NCBI GenBank assembly: GCA_903819895.1
Contig: CAIJFH010000015.1
Coordinates: forward strand, 1 to 50,372
DNA: 50,372 nucleotides
Source of the DNA: Candidatus Adlerbacteria bacterium
GTDB lineage: Bacteria > Patescibacteriota > Minisyncoccia > Phycocordibacterales > SBAW01
Reading direction: 5' to 3'
Made by a program: the position numbers and the translations under genes. This document shows, piece by piece, positions 30,230-39,551 of the stretch; positions within the stretch are counted from its first letter, which is position 1, and each line of letters begins with the position of its first letter. The notes beneath the pieces were generated by a model, which worked only from the letters and a program-made list of their open reading frames with translations, did no database searches and had not been told where the DNA came from.

Positions 30230-30886
30230 ATGAATAACGCAATCACGTCTCGTCGTATGTCTACCCCCGTTCGATATGTCGCTGAGGTCGGAGTGGGCTC
30301 GGTGTTGTTGCTCGCGATGCTGCTCCCATTTGTGGGTCATGCCGATGTACTCACTCGTCAACTTGATCTTGGTGCGTCGGGCGCGGACGTCTCGTCGCTC
30401 CAAACCTACTTGGCACAAGACAACACCATCTACCCGCAGGGTTTGGTGACCGGATATTTCGGATCCCTCACTGCGTCTGCTGTATCAAATTTCCAGAGTG
30501 CGAACGGGTTGTCGCCCGTTGGCCGTGTTGGCCCGCAGACCCTCGCGGTGCTTAATCTTAAGATAGGCGGCGGTGCGGCTGCGCCTACCATCTCGGGTGT
30601 CGCTGTGGGCACGACCGCAAACAACGCCACAGTAAACTGGATGACCAACGAGAACGCAAAGGGCGTCGTCTACTACAGCGCGAGCCCGCTTAGCGTCACC
30701 GAGCAGCCGCACTCGGCAATTGTGAGCGGTATGACCGCAATGACGGATACCAACCTCCGCACGTCGCAAAGTGTCTCGCTCTCGGGGCTCCAGCCACACA
30801 CGGTGTACTACTACCTGATCTACACAACCGACCAAAGTGGCAACGTGAGTGTCACGTGGCCGTCGACCTTCCAAACGACGAGTTAA
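30230..30886 (+). CDS. Peptidoglycan-binding domain plus Fn3-like domain protein
   Basis: LDLGASGADVSSLQTYL..TGYFGSLT..AV..FQ..GL..VGRVGP.T; LSGLQPHTVYYY; start uncertain. Confidence 0.8.
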   Translation: MNNAITSRRMSTPVRYVAEVGVGSVLLLAMLLPFVGHADVLTRQLDLGASGADVSSLQTYLAQDNTIYPQGLVTGYFGSLTASAVSNFQSANGLSPVGRVGPQTLAVLNLKIGGGAAAPTISGVAVGTTANNATVNWMTNENAKGVVYYSASPLSVTEQPHSAIVSGMTAMTDTNLRTSQSVSLSGLQPHTVYYYLIYTTDQSGNVSVTWPSTFQTTS

Positions 30887-30973
30887 GCAATCGTCCAAGG
30901 TAGCCAGGAATCGCTCTCAACTACAGTGAGGGCGATTTTGGTATATGTGGTACACTAGAGTCGTGACACCGCT

Positions 30974-32011
30974 ATGACCTATTTCCCGGGCGACGACCCA
31001 TTCGCCGACACGCAGCTTGGCAACGCGCTCACGCGTGCCATTGTCAACACCATCCACGAACCATTCTTAGTGCTCGACTCGGACTTGCGGATTATTGTCG
31101 CAAGTCGTTCTTTTTATACAAAGTTTCAGGTCACCAAAGCAGAGATCCAAGGCGAATTGTTTTATGAGATCGGCGATGGTCAGTACAACATCCCTGCGCT
31201 GCGGCACTTTCTCAGCAACATCATCCCCGAGCACTCGGCGTTGAAAGAGTACAAACTCCAACACGACTTCCCGGCAATCGGGCGGCACACGCTACTGATT
31301 AGTGCGCGCGAGGTGCTCTATGAAAACAGCGCGCGCAGGCATCTCTTGCTCACGATAGGGGATATTACAGGCCAAGAACTCATCGAAGAGGAGCGAGAGA
31401 AGTTGTCAAAACAAAAGGATCTGATGATCAAAGAGATGAAGCATCGCATGGCAAACAGTTTGCAGTTGATCGCGAGCATCTTGATCCTGAAGTCCGAGGC
31501 GGTCGAGTCGCCCGAGGTGCGCTCGCATCTCCAGGATGCACACGAGCGCATCATGTCGATCGCGACGGTCGAGCAGTTTCTCGACACGACTAGTTTAAAC
31601 GAGGAGGTCGAGGTGGGCCCCTACCTCACCGAATTGTGCGGCAGTTTGGCAACGAGTATGATTAGTGAGGGCAGGCCATTGGCGCTTGTCGTAGAGTCGG
31701 GTGGCGGCATGGTCACTTCGGCCGAGGGCATTAGTATCGGGCTCATTACGGCAGAGTTGGCTATTAACGCAATCAAACATGCGTTCCCCGGGGATATGCC
31801 CGGCACGATTGTCGTTGCGTTTAAGATAAGTCCAGGCGGATGGTTGCTGTCGGTGACCGATAATGGCGTTGGCATGCAGACACGCGTGGCGCGCAAGGAG
31901 GGTCTTGGCACCACGATTGTCCAATCGCTCGCGCGACAACTCGACGCGACGGTAGAGACCACGACCGGGCCGCAGGGTACTCGTGTTTCGATTATACACA
32001 CAACACTATAA
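30974..32011 (+). CDS. PAS-domain sensor histidine kinase (HisKA_2)
   Basis: KEMKHRMANSLQ, ELAINAIKHAF, DNGVG, GLGT. Confidence 0.9.
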   Translation: MTYFPGDDPFADTQLGNALTRAIVNTIHEPFLVLDSDLRIIVASRSFYTKFQVTKAEIQGELFYEIGDGQYNIPALRHFLSNIIPEHSALKEYKLQHDFPAIGRHTLLISAREVLYENSARRHLLLTIGDITGQELIEEEREKLSKQKDLMIKEMKHRMANSLQLIASILILKSEAVESPEVRSHLQDAHERIMSIATVEQFLDTTSLNEEVEVGPYLTELCGSLATSMISEGRPLALVVESGGGMVTSAEGISIGLITAELAINAIKHAFPGDMPGTIVVAFKISPGGWLLSVTDNGVGMQTRVARKEGLGTTIVQSLARQLDATVETTTGPQGTRVSIIHTTL

Positions 32012-32015
32012 AACT

Positions 32016-32393
32016 ATGCAGGATATGCCACAAAACGAACAAGAGTGGAAGGAGCGGTTGACACCCGAGCAGTACGCGGTGCTGCGCCAGCGGGGGACAG
32101 AGGCGCCGTTTTCGGGCAAGCTGTCTGCGCCTGGCGCGGATGGTCAGTACCACTGCGCTGCGTGCGACAACCCGCTCTTTGCCGCAGATGCCAAGTTTGA
32201 GTCCGGCACCGGCTGGCCAAGTTTTGATCAAGCCATTCCTGGCGCGGTCACGCTTGTCCCCGACACATCGCACGGCATGTCACGCACCGAGGTGGTCTGC
32301 GCGCGCTGCGGCTCGCACTTGGGCCACGTCTTTAACGACGGCCCCACCGCAACCGGCCAGCGCTTCTGCCTCAACTCCGTGTGTTTGGTGTAA
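32016..32393 (+). CDS. msrB: Peptide-methionine (R)-S-oxide reductase
   Basis: GTEAPF, KFESGTGWPSF, HLGHVFNDGP, RFCLNS. Confidence 0.95.
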   Translation: MQDMPQNEQEWKERLTPEQYAVLRQRGTEAPFSGKLSAPGADGQYHCAACDNPLFAADAKFESGTGWPSFDQAIPGAVTLVPDTSHGMSRTEVVCARCGSHLGHVFNDGPTATGQRFCLNSVCLV

Positions 32394-32403
32394 ACATAAT
32401 CGT

Positions 32404-32901
32404 ATGCGTACGCGAATCATCCTACTTATATTTGTAGTGCTGGTTATTGCAATTGGAGCGGCGGTATACGTTGTGCCGCGGGAGCAGAAACAGAATGTAG
32501 ACGCGTTTGCAATCTCGGGGCAAGCAACACTTCCTATGCAACAGATTACGATTATCACAAAAGGCGGGGCGGTGTCGGTTGCTGCAGAAGTTGCGTCAAC
32601 GCGGGAGGAGCAGATGGATGGATTGTCCAATCGCGCGGGGCTTGCCGACAATGTGGGCATGCTGTTTGTATTCAACCCACCAACCATGGACGGCTTTTGG
32701 ATGAAGGATATGCGCTTTCCGCTCGACATCATCTGGGCAGGTAGCGATGGCACGATTACGACGCTGTACAAAAATATCTCGCCCGACACCTACCCAACAT
32801 CGTTTTACCCCAGCGTGCCGGCGACCTATGTGCTCGAGGTTCCTGCTGGTTTTGCCGATGAGCACCAGGTTGCCATCGGCAGTAAAATTGTGGTACAATA
32901 G
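32404..32901 (+). CDS. DUF192 family protein
   Basis: GMLFVF, FWMKDMRFPLDIIW, YVLEVPAG. Confidence 0.9.
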   Translation: MRTRIILLIFVVLVIAIGAAVYVVPREQKQNVDAFAISGQATLPMQQITIITKGGAVSVAAEVASTREEQMDGLSNRAGLADNVGMLFVFNPPTMDGFWMKDMRFPLDIIWAGSDGTITTLYKNISPDTYPTSFYPSVPATYVLEVPAGFADEHQVAIGSKIVVQ

Positions 32902-32907
32902 CGTCTA

Positions 32908-33206
32908 GCGTGCTGGGTAGCTACTCTGGCGGAGACGCTGGAGAGGAAAGTCCGAACACCAACTCTGCATAAGAGTTAAAAGGGTAGCAGGTAATCCCTG
33001 TCAGTCGCTCGTGGCGGGCGACAGAGGTGCGAACAGTGACGAATCCCTTCAGTGGGAGTGAAACGGCTAAATCCTTACCTGGGTGCAAGGCCGTGTCCCG
33101 AGATCCGCCAATTGGCGGCATCGAGGGAAGAGCCGCTCGATCTCGATGGCGACATCGAGACCAGATAAATTGTTACCCACGACAGAATTCGGCTTACAGG
33201 CACGCG
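32908..33206 (+). ncRNA. rnpB: RNase P RNA
   Basis: GAGGAAAGTCC near the 5' end and ACAGAATTCGGCTTA near the 3' end (P4); GCGTGC/GCACGC terminal pairing; TGGTACAAT -10 upstream; ends approximate. Confidence 0.92.
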
Positions 33207-33218
33207 CGCCATTGTGTA

Positions 33219-33243
33219 GACGCCCCGCGAGAGCGGGGCGTTT
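33219..33243 (+). terminator. Hairpin after rnpB
   Basis: GACGCCCCGC-GAGA-GCGGGGCGTTT. Confidence 0.7.
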
Positions 33244-33297
33244 GCGCGCCCGGTGTGTGTAGAGCGCATCTTTTGATTTTGAGTTAGAATAGGCAAC

Positions 33298-34971
33298 ATG
33301 GTTCGGTCCTTGTTGCAGGTGTTTAGCAAAGAGGTGCGCGGGATGCATCAGGCGGCATATGTGCTCGCGGCCTTTGCGCTTGGGTCGCAGCTCTTGGCGC
33401 TCGTGCGCGATCGTTTGTTGGCTGCGCACTTTGGCGCGTCGCATACGCTCGACCTCTACTATGCCGCGTTTCGTATCCCCGATTTTTTGTTTGCGACCGT
33501 GGCGTCGCTCCTGTCGCTCTATGCGCTCTTGCCGATTTTGACGAAGTATGAAAAAGAGGGTGGCGGCCGCATGCTGTCCTTCTTGCGACAAATCCTGTTT
33601 GTCTTTTTTGTGGGGATGGGTGTGATCGCGGCAATCGTCTTTGCGTTTGTACCCAGCATCACCGCGCACTTAGCACCCGAGATCGCGAGCCCCGAGTTGA
33701 CGCTCTTGGTGCGGATACTCTTGCTCCAACCAATACTGCTTGGCGCGTCTAACATCTTGGCGTCCTACACCCAGTTGCGCAATCGGTTCTTTCTCTACTC
33801 GATCTCGCCGCTGTTGTACAACATCGGCATCATTATCGGCATCATGGTGCTCTACCCTTTGGCGGGTGTCGCGGGGCTTGGCTGGGGTGTAGTGCTTGGT
33901 GCGGCGCTGCATCTGTTGGTGCAGTTACCATTTTTTACGAGCGAGAAAGCGACCGAGCATGTCCCCGCGCGCGTGGTGTGGCGCGACTTGCTGCAGGTGT
34001 TGGGGTTGTCGGTGCCGCGCACCTTGGCGCTCGCGGCGGGGCAGCTGTCGCTCTTGGCGCTGGTGTCGCTGGCGTCCTACCTTGCCACGGGCTCCATCTC
34101 TATCTTTATGTTTGCATACAACTTGCAGGCAGTGCCGCTCACGATCATCGGCGTGTCGTACTCGGTCGCAGCGTTCCCCACGCTGGCGCGGATGCATGCC
34201 AATGGCGAGCATGCCGAGTTCTCGCGCTACCTCGAGACAGCATTGCGGCATATCTTTTTTTGGGCGATACCAGCGACCGTGTTTGTCGTGGTGCTGCGCG
34301 CGCAGTTGGTGCGCGTGATCCTTGGTGCGGGCGCGTTCGACTGGTCGGCAACGCGTCTCACGGCGGCGGCGCTCGCGCTGTTTGTGCTCTCGCTCGCGGC
34401 GCAGTCGGTGACCTTGCTCATTGCGCGCGCCTACTACGCGGCGGGCAATACCAAAAAGCCGCTCTACTGGGGCGCGGCCAATGTGGTGGTGTCGATTTGT
34501 TCGGCGCTTGGGTTGGTCGCGCTCTTTCACTCGAGCATATTTCTCCGCTCGTTTATCGAGGTGTTGCTGCGCGTTGCCGACATCCCTGGCACCTCGGTGC
34601 TCATGCTCGCGCTCGGCTATGCACTTGGTGCGATACTCCAGTTTACGCTCGGGTTCTATTTCTTTACGCGCGACTTTCGTGTCGACCGGACACGCATCGG
34701 CGCGCTCGTATTCCAAAGTTTTGCCGCGTCTGTCATCGGCAGCGCGTGCTCCTATGTTGTGCTTGCGCTCACGGGCACCGCAGGGACAATCAACACCGCG
34801 CTCGGGTTGGTGACACAGGGTGCTGCAGCAGGCATCATCGGGCTTGGCGTCACGGGGTTGGTGCTCTACTCGCTTAAAAATCAGGAGTTGTGCGAGGCAT
34901 GGACCGCGCTCCATCGCCGCTTTGCTCCAGCCCCCGCCGTCTCGATCGAAACCACCGACATCTCGTCGTAA
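33298..34971 (+). CDS. murJ: Lipid II flippase MurJ
   Basis: LALVRDRLLAAHFGA..LDLYYAAFRIPDF; multi-TM; ARAYYA. Confidence 0.88.
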   Translation: MVRSLLQVFSKEVRGMHQAAYVLAAFALGSQLLALVRDRLLAAHFGASHTLDLYYAAFRIPDFLFATVASLLSLYALLPILTKYEKEGGGRMLSFLRQILFVFFVGMGVIAAIVFAFVPSITAHLAPEIASPELTLLVRILLLQPILLGASNILASYTQLRNRFFLYSISPLLYNIGIIIGIMVLYPLAGVAGLGWGVVLGAALHLLVQLPFFTSEKATEHVPARVVWRDLLQVLGLSVPRTLALAAGQLSLLALVSLASYLATGSISIFMFAYNLQAVPLTIIGVSYSVAAFPTLARMHANGEHAEFSRYLETALRHIFFWAIPATVFVVVLRAQLVRVILGAGAFDWSATRLTAAALALFVLSLAAQSVTLLIARAYYAAGNTKKPLYWGAANVVVSICSALGLVALFHSSIFLRSFIEVLLRVADIPGTSVLMLALGYALGAILQFTLGFYFFTRDFRVDRTRIGALVFQSFAASVIGSACSYVVLALTGTAGTINTALGLVTQGAAAGIIGLGVTGLVLYSLKNQELCEAWTALHRRFAPAPAVSIETTDISS

Positions 34972-34972
34972 G

Positions 34973-34993
34973 TACATAGGTCCGTCCTATGTG
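34973..34993. repeat. REP-like hairpin TACATAGG-TCCGT-CCTATGTG
   Basis: Copy of the 12985 element, directly after the murJ stop. Confidence 0.6.
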
Positions 34994-35041
34994 TGGCGGA
35001 GAGATGGTTTTTGGGGCTAGAAATGGTACAGTTGGTGCGTT

Positions 35042-36919
35042 ATGCAGCAGATCCGCAACTTTAGTATTATCGCGCACATCGACCACGGCAAGTCGACGCT
35101 GGCCGACCGCATGCTCGAAATTACGGGCACTATCGAACGTCGAAAGATGCGCGACCAGGTGCTCGACTCGATGGACCTCGAGCGCGAGCGGGGGATTACC
35201 ATCAAAATGCAGCCGGTCAAGATGGTGTGGCGCGACACGATGCTCAACCTCATCGACACGCCGGGGCATATCGACTTTTCCTACGAAGTGTCGCGCGCGC
35301 TGACCGCGGTCGAGGGTGCGGTGCTCTTGGTTGACGCGACACAGGGTGTGCAGGCGCAGACGTTGACGACGCTGCGCACTGCGCGCGAGCTGGGGTTGGT
35401 CATCGTCCCTGCGCTCTCCAAAATTGATTCGCCGCTCGCCGAGGTAGACGATGTGCGCGCGCAAGTTGCAGCACTTCTCGAAATCGACCCCGACGAGATT
35501 CTCCTCTGCTCGGGCAAAACCGGCGAGGGGGTTGAGAAATTACTCGAGGCGGTTATTACCAGAGTTCCTCCGCCGAAATCAGCCGACTACGGGCACGGCG
35601 ATTTTCCTGCTGAAAAATCGCCTGAAGTTCTCGCGCCGTCGCGCTCGAAACTCCCTCCGTCAGCTATTTCGGCTCCGCGCGCGCTGGTGTTCGACTTTCA
35701 ATACTCCGACCATCAGGGCGTGATTGTCTACCTGCGTCTGTTTGAGGGGCAGATTAAAAAAGGTGATGTGCTCGAGTTTGCTGCCACGGGTCGCAAGTTT
35801 ACTGCGCTCGATGTTGGCAGTTTTTCTCCGACGCCCGTCTCGCTCCCTGGTGGGTTGTCAGCGGGGATGATCGGCTACGTGGTGACCGGCATCAAAGAGC
35901 CGGGGCTCGCACGCGTGGGCGACACGGTTCGTCTCAATGGTTCAAAAACGGCACCACTGTCGGGCTATGCCGAGCCACGGCCGGTGGTGTGGGCGAGTAT
36001 CTACCCCGAAAGTCAAGATGATTTTACTGCCCTGCGCCAAGCACTGTCGCGGCTGCGGCTCTCTGACTCGTCTCTTTCCTTCGAGGAGGAGTCGTCGGGG
36101 ATGCTTGGGCGCGGATTCCGCTGCGGATTGCTCGGCATGCTCCACCTCGAGATCGTCACCGAGCGTCTGCACCGAGAAAATAATTTGTCACTCGTCGTGA
36201 CCACGCCGACTATTACCTATGAGGTCGAGACAAAAGACGGCAAGCGGCACACCGTGTACTCGCCGCCACAATTCCCCGACCATGGGATGATTCTGCAAAT
36301 CTGGGAGCCGTTTGTGTCGGCAGAGATTTTGATCCCCGCCGAGTACTTGGGTGCCTTGATGCCACTCCTCTTTGAGCACGAGGCAGCGACCGAGTCGACC
36401 GAGACCTTCTCGGGTGGTGGCTTGTCCTCGCCACATGGGGGCAGGGTGATGGTCAAAGTGGTGATGCCGCTGCGCGAACTGATGCGCAACTTTTTTGATA
36501 AGTTAAAAAGTGTGTCGTCCGGCTATGCATCAATCTCCTACGAGCAGCGCGAGTTGCGCGTTGCTGAGGTGACCCGGCTCGACATCCTTGTTGCCGATGA
36601 GTTGGTGCCGGCGTTTTCGCGCATTATCGCGACGCACCGCGCCGACGAGGAGGCGGTCGCTGCGGTCGAAAAATTGTATAAAATACTTCCGCGCCAGCAG
36701 TTTGCCACCAAGATCCAAGGCCAGGCGCTGGGGCGCATCATCTCCTCGCGCACACTGTCGGCACTCTCCAAAGATGTCACTCAACACATGTACGGTGGCG
36801 ACATCACCCGCAAGATGAAGCTGCGCGAGAAGCAGAAAAAGGGTAAAGCTCGCATGAAGGCCGCCGGCCGCGTCAACATCCCCGAGGATGTCTTTTTGAA
36901 GATGGTGAAATCAGAATAA
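35042..36919 (+). CDS. lepA: Elongation factor 4 (LepA) with in-frame insertion
   Basis: IRNFSIIAHIDHGKSTLADR, DTPGH, GFRCGLLGMLH, YGGDITRK. Confidence 0.97.
   Translation: MQQIRNFSIIAHIDHGKSTLADRMLEITGTIERRKMRDQVLDSMDLERERGITIKMQPVKMVWRDTMLNLIDTPGHIDFSYEVSRALTAVEGAVLLVDATQGVQAQTLTTLRTARELGLVIVPALSKIDSPLAEVDDVRAQVAALLEIDPDEILLCSGKTGEGVEKLLEAVITRVPPPKSADYGHGDFPAEKSPEVLAPSRSKLPPSAISAPRALVFDFQYSDHQGVIVYLRLFEGQIKKGDVLEFAATGRKFTALDVGSFSPTPVSLPGGLSAGMIGYVVTGIKEPGLARVGDTVRLNGSKTAPLSGYAEPRPVVWASIYPESQDDFTALRQALSRLRLSDSSLSFEEESSGMLGRGFRCGLLGMLHLEIVTERLHRENNLSLVVTTPTITYEVETKDGKRHTVYSPPQFPDHGMILQIWEPFVSAEILIPAEYLGALMPLLFEHEAATESTETFSGGGLSSPHGGRVMVKVVMPLRELMRNFFDKLKSVSSGYASISYEQRELRVAEVTRLDILVADELVPAFSRIIATHRADEEAVAAVEKLYKILPRQQFATKIQGQALGRIISSRTLSALSKDVTQHMYGGDITRKMKLREKQKKGKARMKAAGRVNIPEDVFLKMVKSE
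35572..35673. mobile_element. Palindromic element inserted in-frame in lepA
   Basis: Terminal IR GCCGAAAT/ATTTCGGC; core shared with 42964-43013. Confidence 0.75.
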
Positions 36920-36927
36920 TAAAAAGC

Positions 36928-36960
36928 AAATCCCCGTCGGCTTGGAATCCGACGGGGTGT
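36928..36960. terminator. Hairpin after lepA
   Basis: CCCCGTCGG-N8-CCGACGGGG. Confidence 0.65.
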
Positions 36961-37320
36961 GCACTGTTTGCCCTTTAATACAGAACAGCTTTACTCATGT
37001 GCGCTAAATATAGGCACGTGAAGATGAAAGCTAGCGGTATAAAAGTTCCTAGGAGAATGTACCTCATTCGTTCTAGATTTTCATGTTCGATATTCGATGC
37101 TCCCACCAAACACAAAACAAAGATGAGTATGAGACATAGATGGAGACATCTCCAGTATTCCAAAGGTCGCCGTAAAAATTAATGCGCAAGTGAAAGCGAT
37201 CAGGGCGGAGAAAATCTCCGGGGATTCTTTGTTCATCACACGCTCCATCAGTTTGCCGCCCCACTGCAGGGCGGTTCTGGGTGGACAATACTATAAAAAG
37301 TTGCGGCTTGTCAACTGCGC

Positions 37321-37425
37321 TTAAAACAGCAGTGAGAAGTAGCTCAGCACCATGCTGGCGATGATGATGATGCCAAGGATGCCGGTAAAGATCTTGAGCC
37401 AGCGCTGGTGGTGTTTTCCAAACAT
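37321..37425 (-). CDS. 34-aa single-TM small protein (MFGKHHQRWLKIFTGILGIIIIASMVLSYFSLLF)
   Basis: Hand-translated; basic N-terminus plus TM helix; divergent from the FtsB-like gene. Confidence 0.55.
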   Translation of the reverse strand: MFGKHHQRWLKIFTGILGIIIIASMVLSYFSLLF

Positions 37426-37446
37426 AGTGAGTGTATACTAGCATAT

Positions 37447-37836
37447 ATGCGCGATTTTAAAAAGCGGCGGATGCAAAAGAAGGATACCGGCCGATTTGCG
37501 CTTCGTTTGGTTGGTGTAGCGCTCTTGGCTGTGGTGACATTCACCGCGGCGCACTCGGCGTGGGATATGTACGGCAAGCTCGTGCGCGCGACCCAGCAGC
37601 AAGAGGAGACACAGCGCCAACTGGCCTTGTTGACCGCGCAGGCCAACCAGGTGCAGGCATCGGTCGCGGCGCTTTCCTCCGGCCGTGGCGTCGAGGAGCA
37701 GATGCGCGAGCGGTTTGGCGTCGCCCGCCCCGGCGAGGGGGAGATCACGATTGTCGAGAATACGACCACCGCCTCGTCCACCGCGCCGGAGCCGTCGTGG
37801 TGGCAGCGTCTGTATCATACGCTCTTTGTATGGTAG
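37447..37836 (+). CDS. Septum formation initiator (FtsB/DivIC-like)
   Basis: TM, coiled coil, GVEEQMRERFGVARPGE. Confidence 0.8.
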   Translation: MRDFKKRRMQKKDTGRFALRLVGVALLAVVTFTAAHSAWDMYGKLVRATQQQEETQRQLALLTAQANQVQASVAALSSGRGVEEQMRERFGVARPGEGEITIVENTTTASSTAPEPSWWQRLYHTLFVW

Positions 37837-37904
37837 ATTAGGCAGGACTCTCGGTCGCGAAGCGGTAGCGGGCCTGCCCGCCGTAGCTCGCGAGGCGAGC
37901 GAAG

Positions 37905-37975
37905 GCGGGATTCGTTTAGTGGTAGGACAGCTGCTTCCCAAGCAGCAAGCGCGAGTTCGATTCTCGCATCCCGCA
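37905..37975 (+). tRNA. tRNA-Gly(CCC)
   Basis: GCGGGAT/ATCCCGC acceptor stem, GCTGC-TTCCCAA-GCAGC anticodon arm, TTCGATT. Confidence 0.93.
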
Positions 37976-37977
37976 CA

Positions 37978-38023
37978 GAGTTCGACCCGCCTGCCGGCGG
38001 GCAGGTTCTCCCTATCCGCACCA
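37978..38023 (+). pseudogene. tRNA 3'-end fragment interrupted by a 20-bp palindrome
   Basis: GAGTTCGA[CCCGCCTGCCGGCGGGCAGG]TTCTCCCTATCCGCACCA. Confidence 0.65.
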
Positions 38024-38100
38024 GCGCTGGGAGGTGAAACCTCCCAGCATGTCTTGGATATGGTATACTGTCTCAACTAGCAATTAAGCATCATAATCGT

Positions 38101-38340
38101 ATGGAAAACGTCACCATCTACAGCACCCCAACCTGCCACTACTGCAAATTGGCTAAGGACTTTTTTGCCGAGAAAGGTGTTCAATATACAGCGTATGATG
38201 TCTCGACCGACGCGGCTCGCCGCGAGGAGATGATCCAGATGACCGGCCAGCTCGGCGTGCCCGTGATTGTCATTGGCAACACAACGCTCGTTGGCTTTGA
38301 CCGCGAGAAGGTCGCCGGCAAGCTTGGGTTGGCGGCGTAA
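38101..38340 (+). CDS. Glutaredoxin (NrdH/YruB-like)
   Basis: YSTPTCHYC, GQLGVPVI, GFD. Confidence 0.92.
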   Translation: MENVTIYSTPTCHYCKLAKDFFAEKGVQYTAYDVSTDAARREEMIQMTGQLGVPVIVIGNTTLVGFDREKVAGKLGLAA

Positions 38341-38368
38341 CCCGCCTTGTTGTCGGGCAAGCAGAAGA

Positions 38369-38440
38369 GCCCTCGTAGTTCAATGGATAGAACAGCCCCG
38401 TCCTAAGGGGTTGATGTGGGTTCGATTCCTGCCGAGGGCA
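38369..38440 (+). tRNA. tRNA-Arg(CCT)
   Basis: GCCCTCG/CGAGGGC acceptor stem, GT-CCT-AA loop, TTCGATT. Confidence 0.9.
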
Positions 38441-38492
38441 CCGTTTGTGTATTGCATGAAGTATGCAGAAAAACCCGTGCTATCATAGTTGC

Positions 38493-38837
38493 ATGGACGC
38501 AGATATCGAGGAAGTTAAAGCGATTGCAAAGCAGGCGCTTTCCGTTGCCGAGGATACCAACCGCATGGTGCGCGGGATGCGGCGCTCGCAGCAGTGGGGG
38601 CACTTCTTCCAATTTGTTTGGTGGGCGTTGATTATTTTTGTGTCAATCTGGTCGTACTATTACTACCTCCAGCCGTACGTCGGCAAACTCGAGGAGTTGT
38701 ACGCGCAGGTGCAGTCGACGAGCCAAGAGGGTCAGAACATCGGCTCACAGCTACAAGCATTGCCTAGCGGGTTGCTGCAAAACATCATCAAGAGCGTTGC
38801 CGCGCCAGCTACGAGCGCCCCTGCTATCCCAAAGTAA
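38493..38837 (+). CDS. Hypothetical single-TM protein
   Basis: AEDTNRMVRGMRR..W..F..VWW; TGCTATCAT 6 nt upstream. Confidence 0.75.
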   Translation: MDADIEEVKAIAKQALSVAEDTNRMVRGMRRSQQWGHFFQFVWWALIIFVSIWSYYYYLQPYVGKLEELYAQVQSTSQEGQNIGSQLQALPSGLLQNIIKSVAAPATSAPAIPK

Positions 38838-38935
38838 CGTACAAAGGACTGTCCTTGGTACGTTGGGGTGCGTGGTTGTCTCAAACGTATAAAATTGGTA
38901 GGATAAGGAGGCGCTTTGGTAGAGATAGAAAATAT

Positions 38936-39008
38936 GCTTGGGTAGCTCAGTTGGTAGAGCATTTCCCTGAAGAGGAAGGGGTCGCCGGTTCGAGCCCGGC
39001 CCCAAGCA
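38936..39008 (+). tRNA. tRNA-Phe(GAA)
   Basis: GCTTGGG/CCCAAGC acceptor stem, CT-GAA-GA loop, TTCGAGC. Confidence 0.93.
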
Positions 39009-39025
39009 CAGCGGGCACACTAGGT

Positions 39026-39529
39026 CTAGTTTGATTTAATTTTGAGCTTTGCTTGACGGCCTTTGTCGAGCTTGGGCAGGCGGATCGTGAGCAGGCCGTG
39101 CTTCTCGGTTGCTTCGGCGGCCTCGATCTCGACCTCTTGTGGGAGCATGATGGTGCGTGCAAACGAGCCCCAATAGAGCTCAGAGAAGAAGAAATCGCCC
39201 GAGCCGCCCTCGGTGTGGCGCTCGCGCTTGCCGCGCAGGGTGACCATGTCGCGGGTAATCGAGACATCTAAATCCTCGGGGCGTACACCAGCAATCATCG
39301 CCTTGATGATGATGTGTGTCGGTGTCTGGTAGACATCAACCGCCAACTCGCCCTCGGTCTCTTCCTCGATCTCTTGGATAGGCACCGAGCGATGCACCGC
39401 AGGTGCGGTTTTGCTACTGGTTGGTGGGGCGTAGTGGCCGTTGCCGCTTTCGAGATCGTCGAACGCGTACTCATCGGGGCCGGAGCCGCCGGTTAGCCAA
39501 TCGAAGAGTGATTTTTTATCGCGTGCCAT
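39026..39529 (-). CDS. Hsp20/alpha-crystallin small heat-shock protein
   Basis: AVDVYQT, GVRPEDLDV, ELYWGSFARTIMLP, GLLTIRLPK. Confidence 0.92.
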   Translation of the reverse strand: MARDKKSLFDWLTGGSGPDEYAFDDLESGNGHYAPPTSSKTAPAVHRSVPIQEIEEETEGELAVDVYQTPTHIIIKAMIAGVRPEDLDVSITRDMVTLRGKRERHTEGGSGDFFFSELYWGSFARTIMLPQEVEIEAAEATEKHGLLTIRLPKLDKGRQAKLKIKSN

Positions 39530-39551
39530 AGGTGTAGATGTGAATGATTGC

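Noticed and set aside
36975-37163. 62-aa hydrophobic minus-strand ORF after lepA
   Set aside because: TTG start, no RBS or recognisable motif; it may be real but is unsupported.
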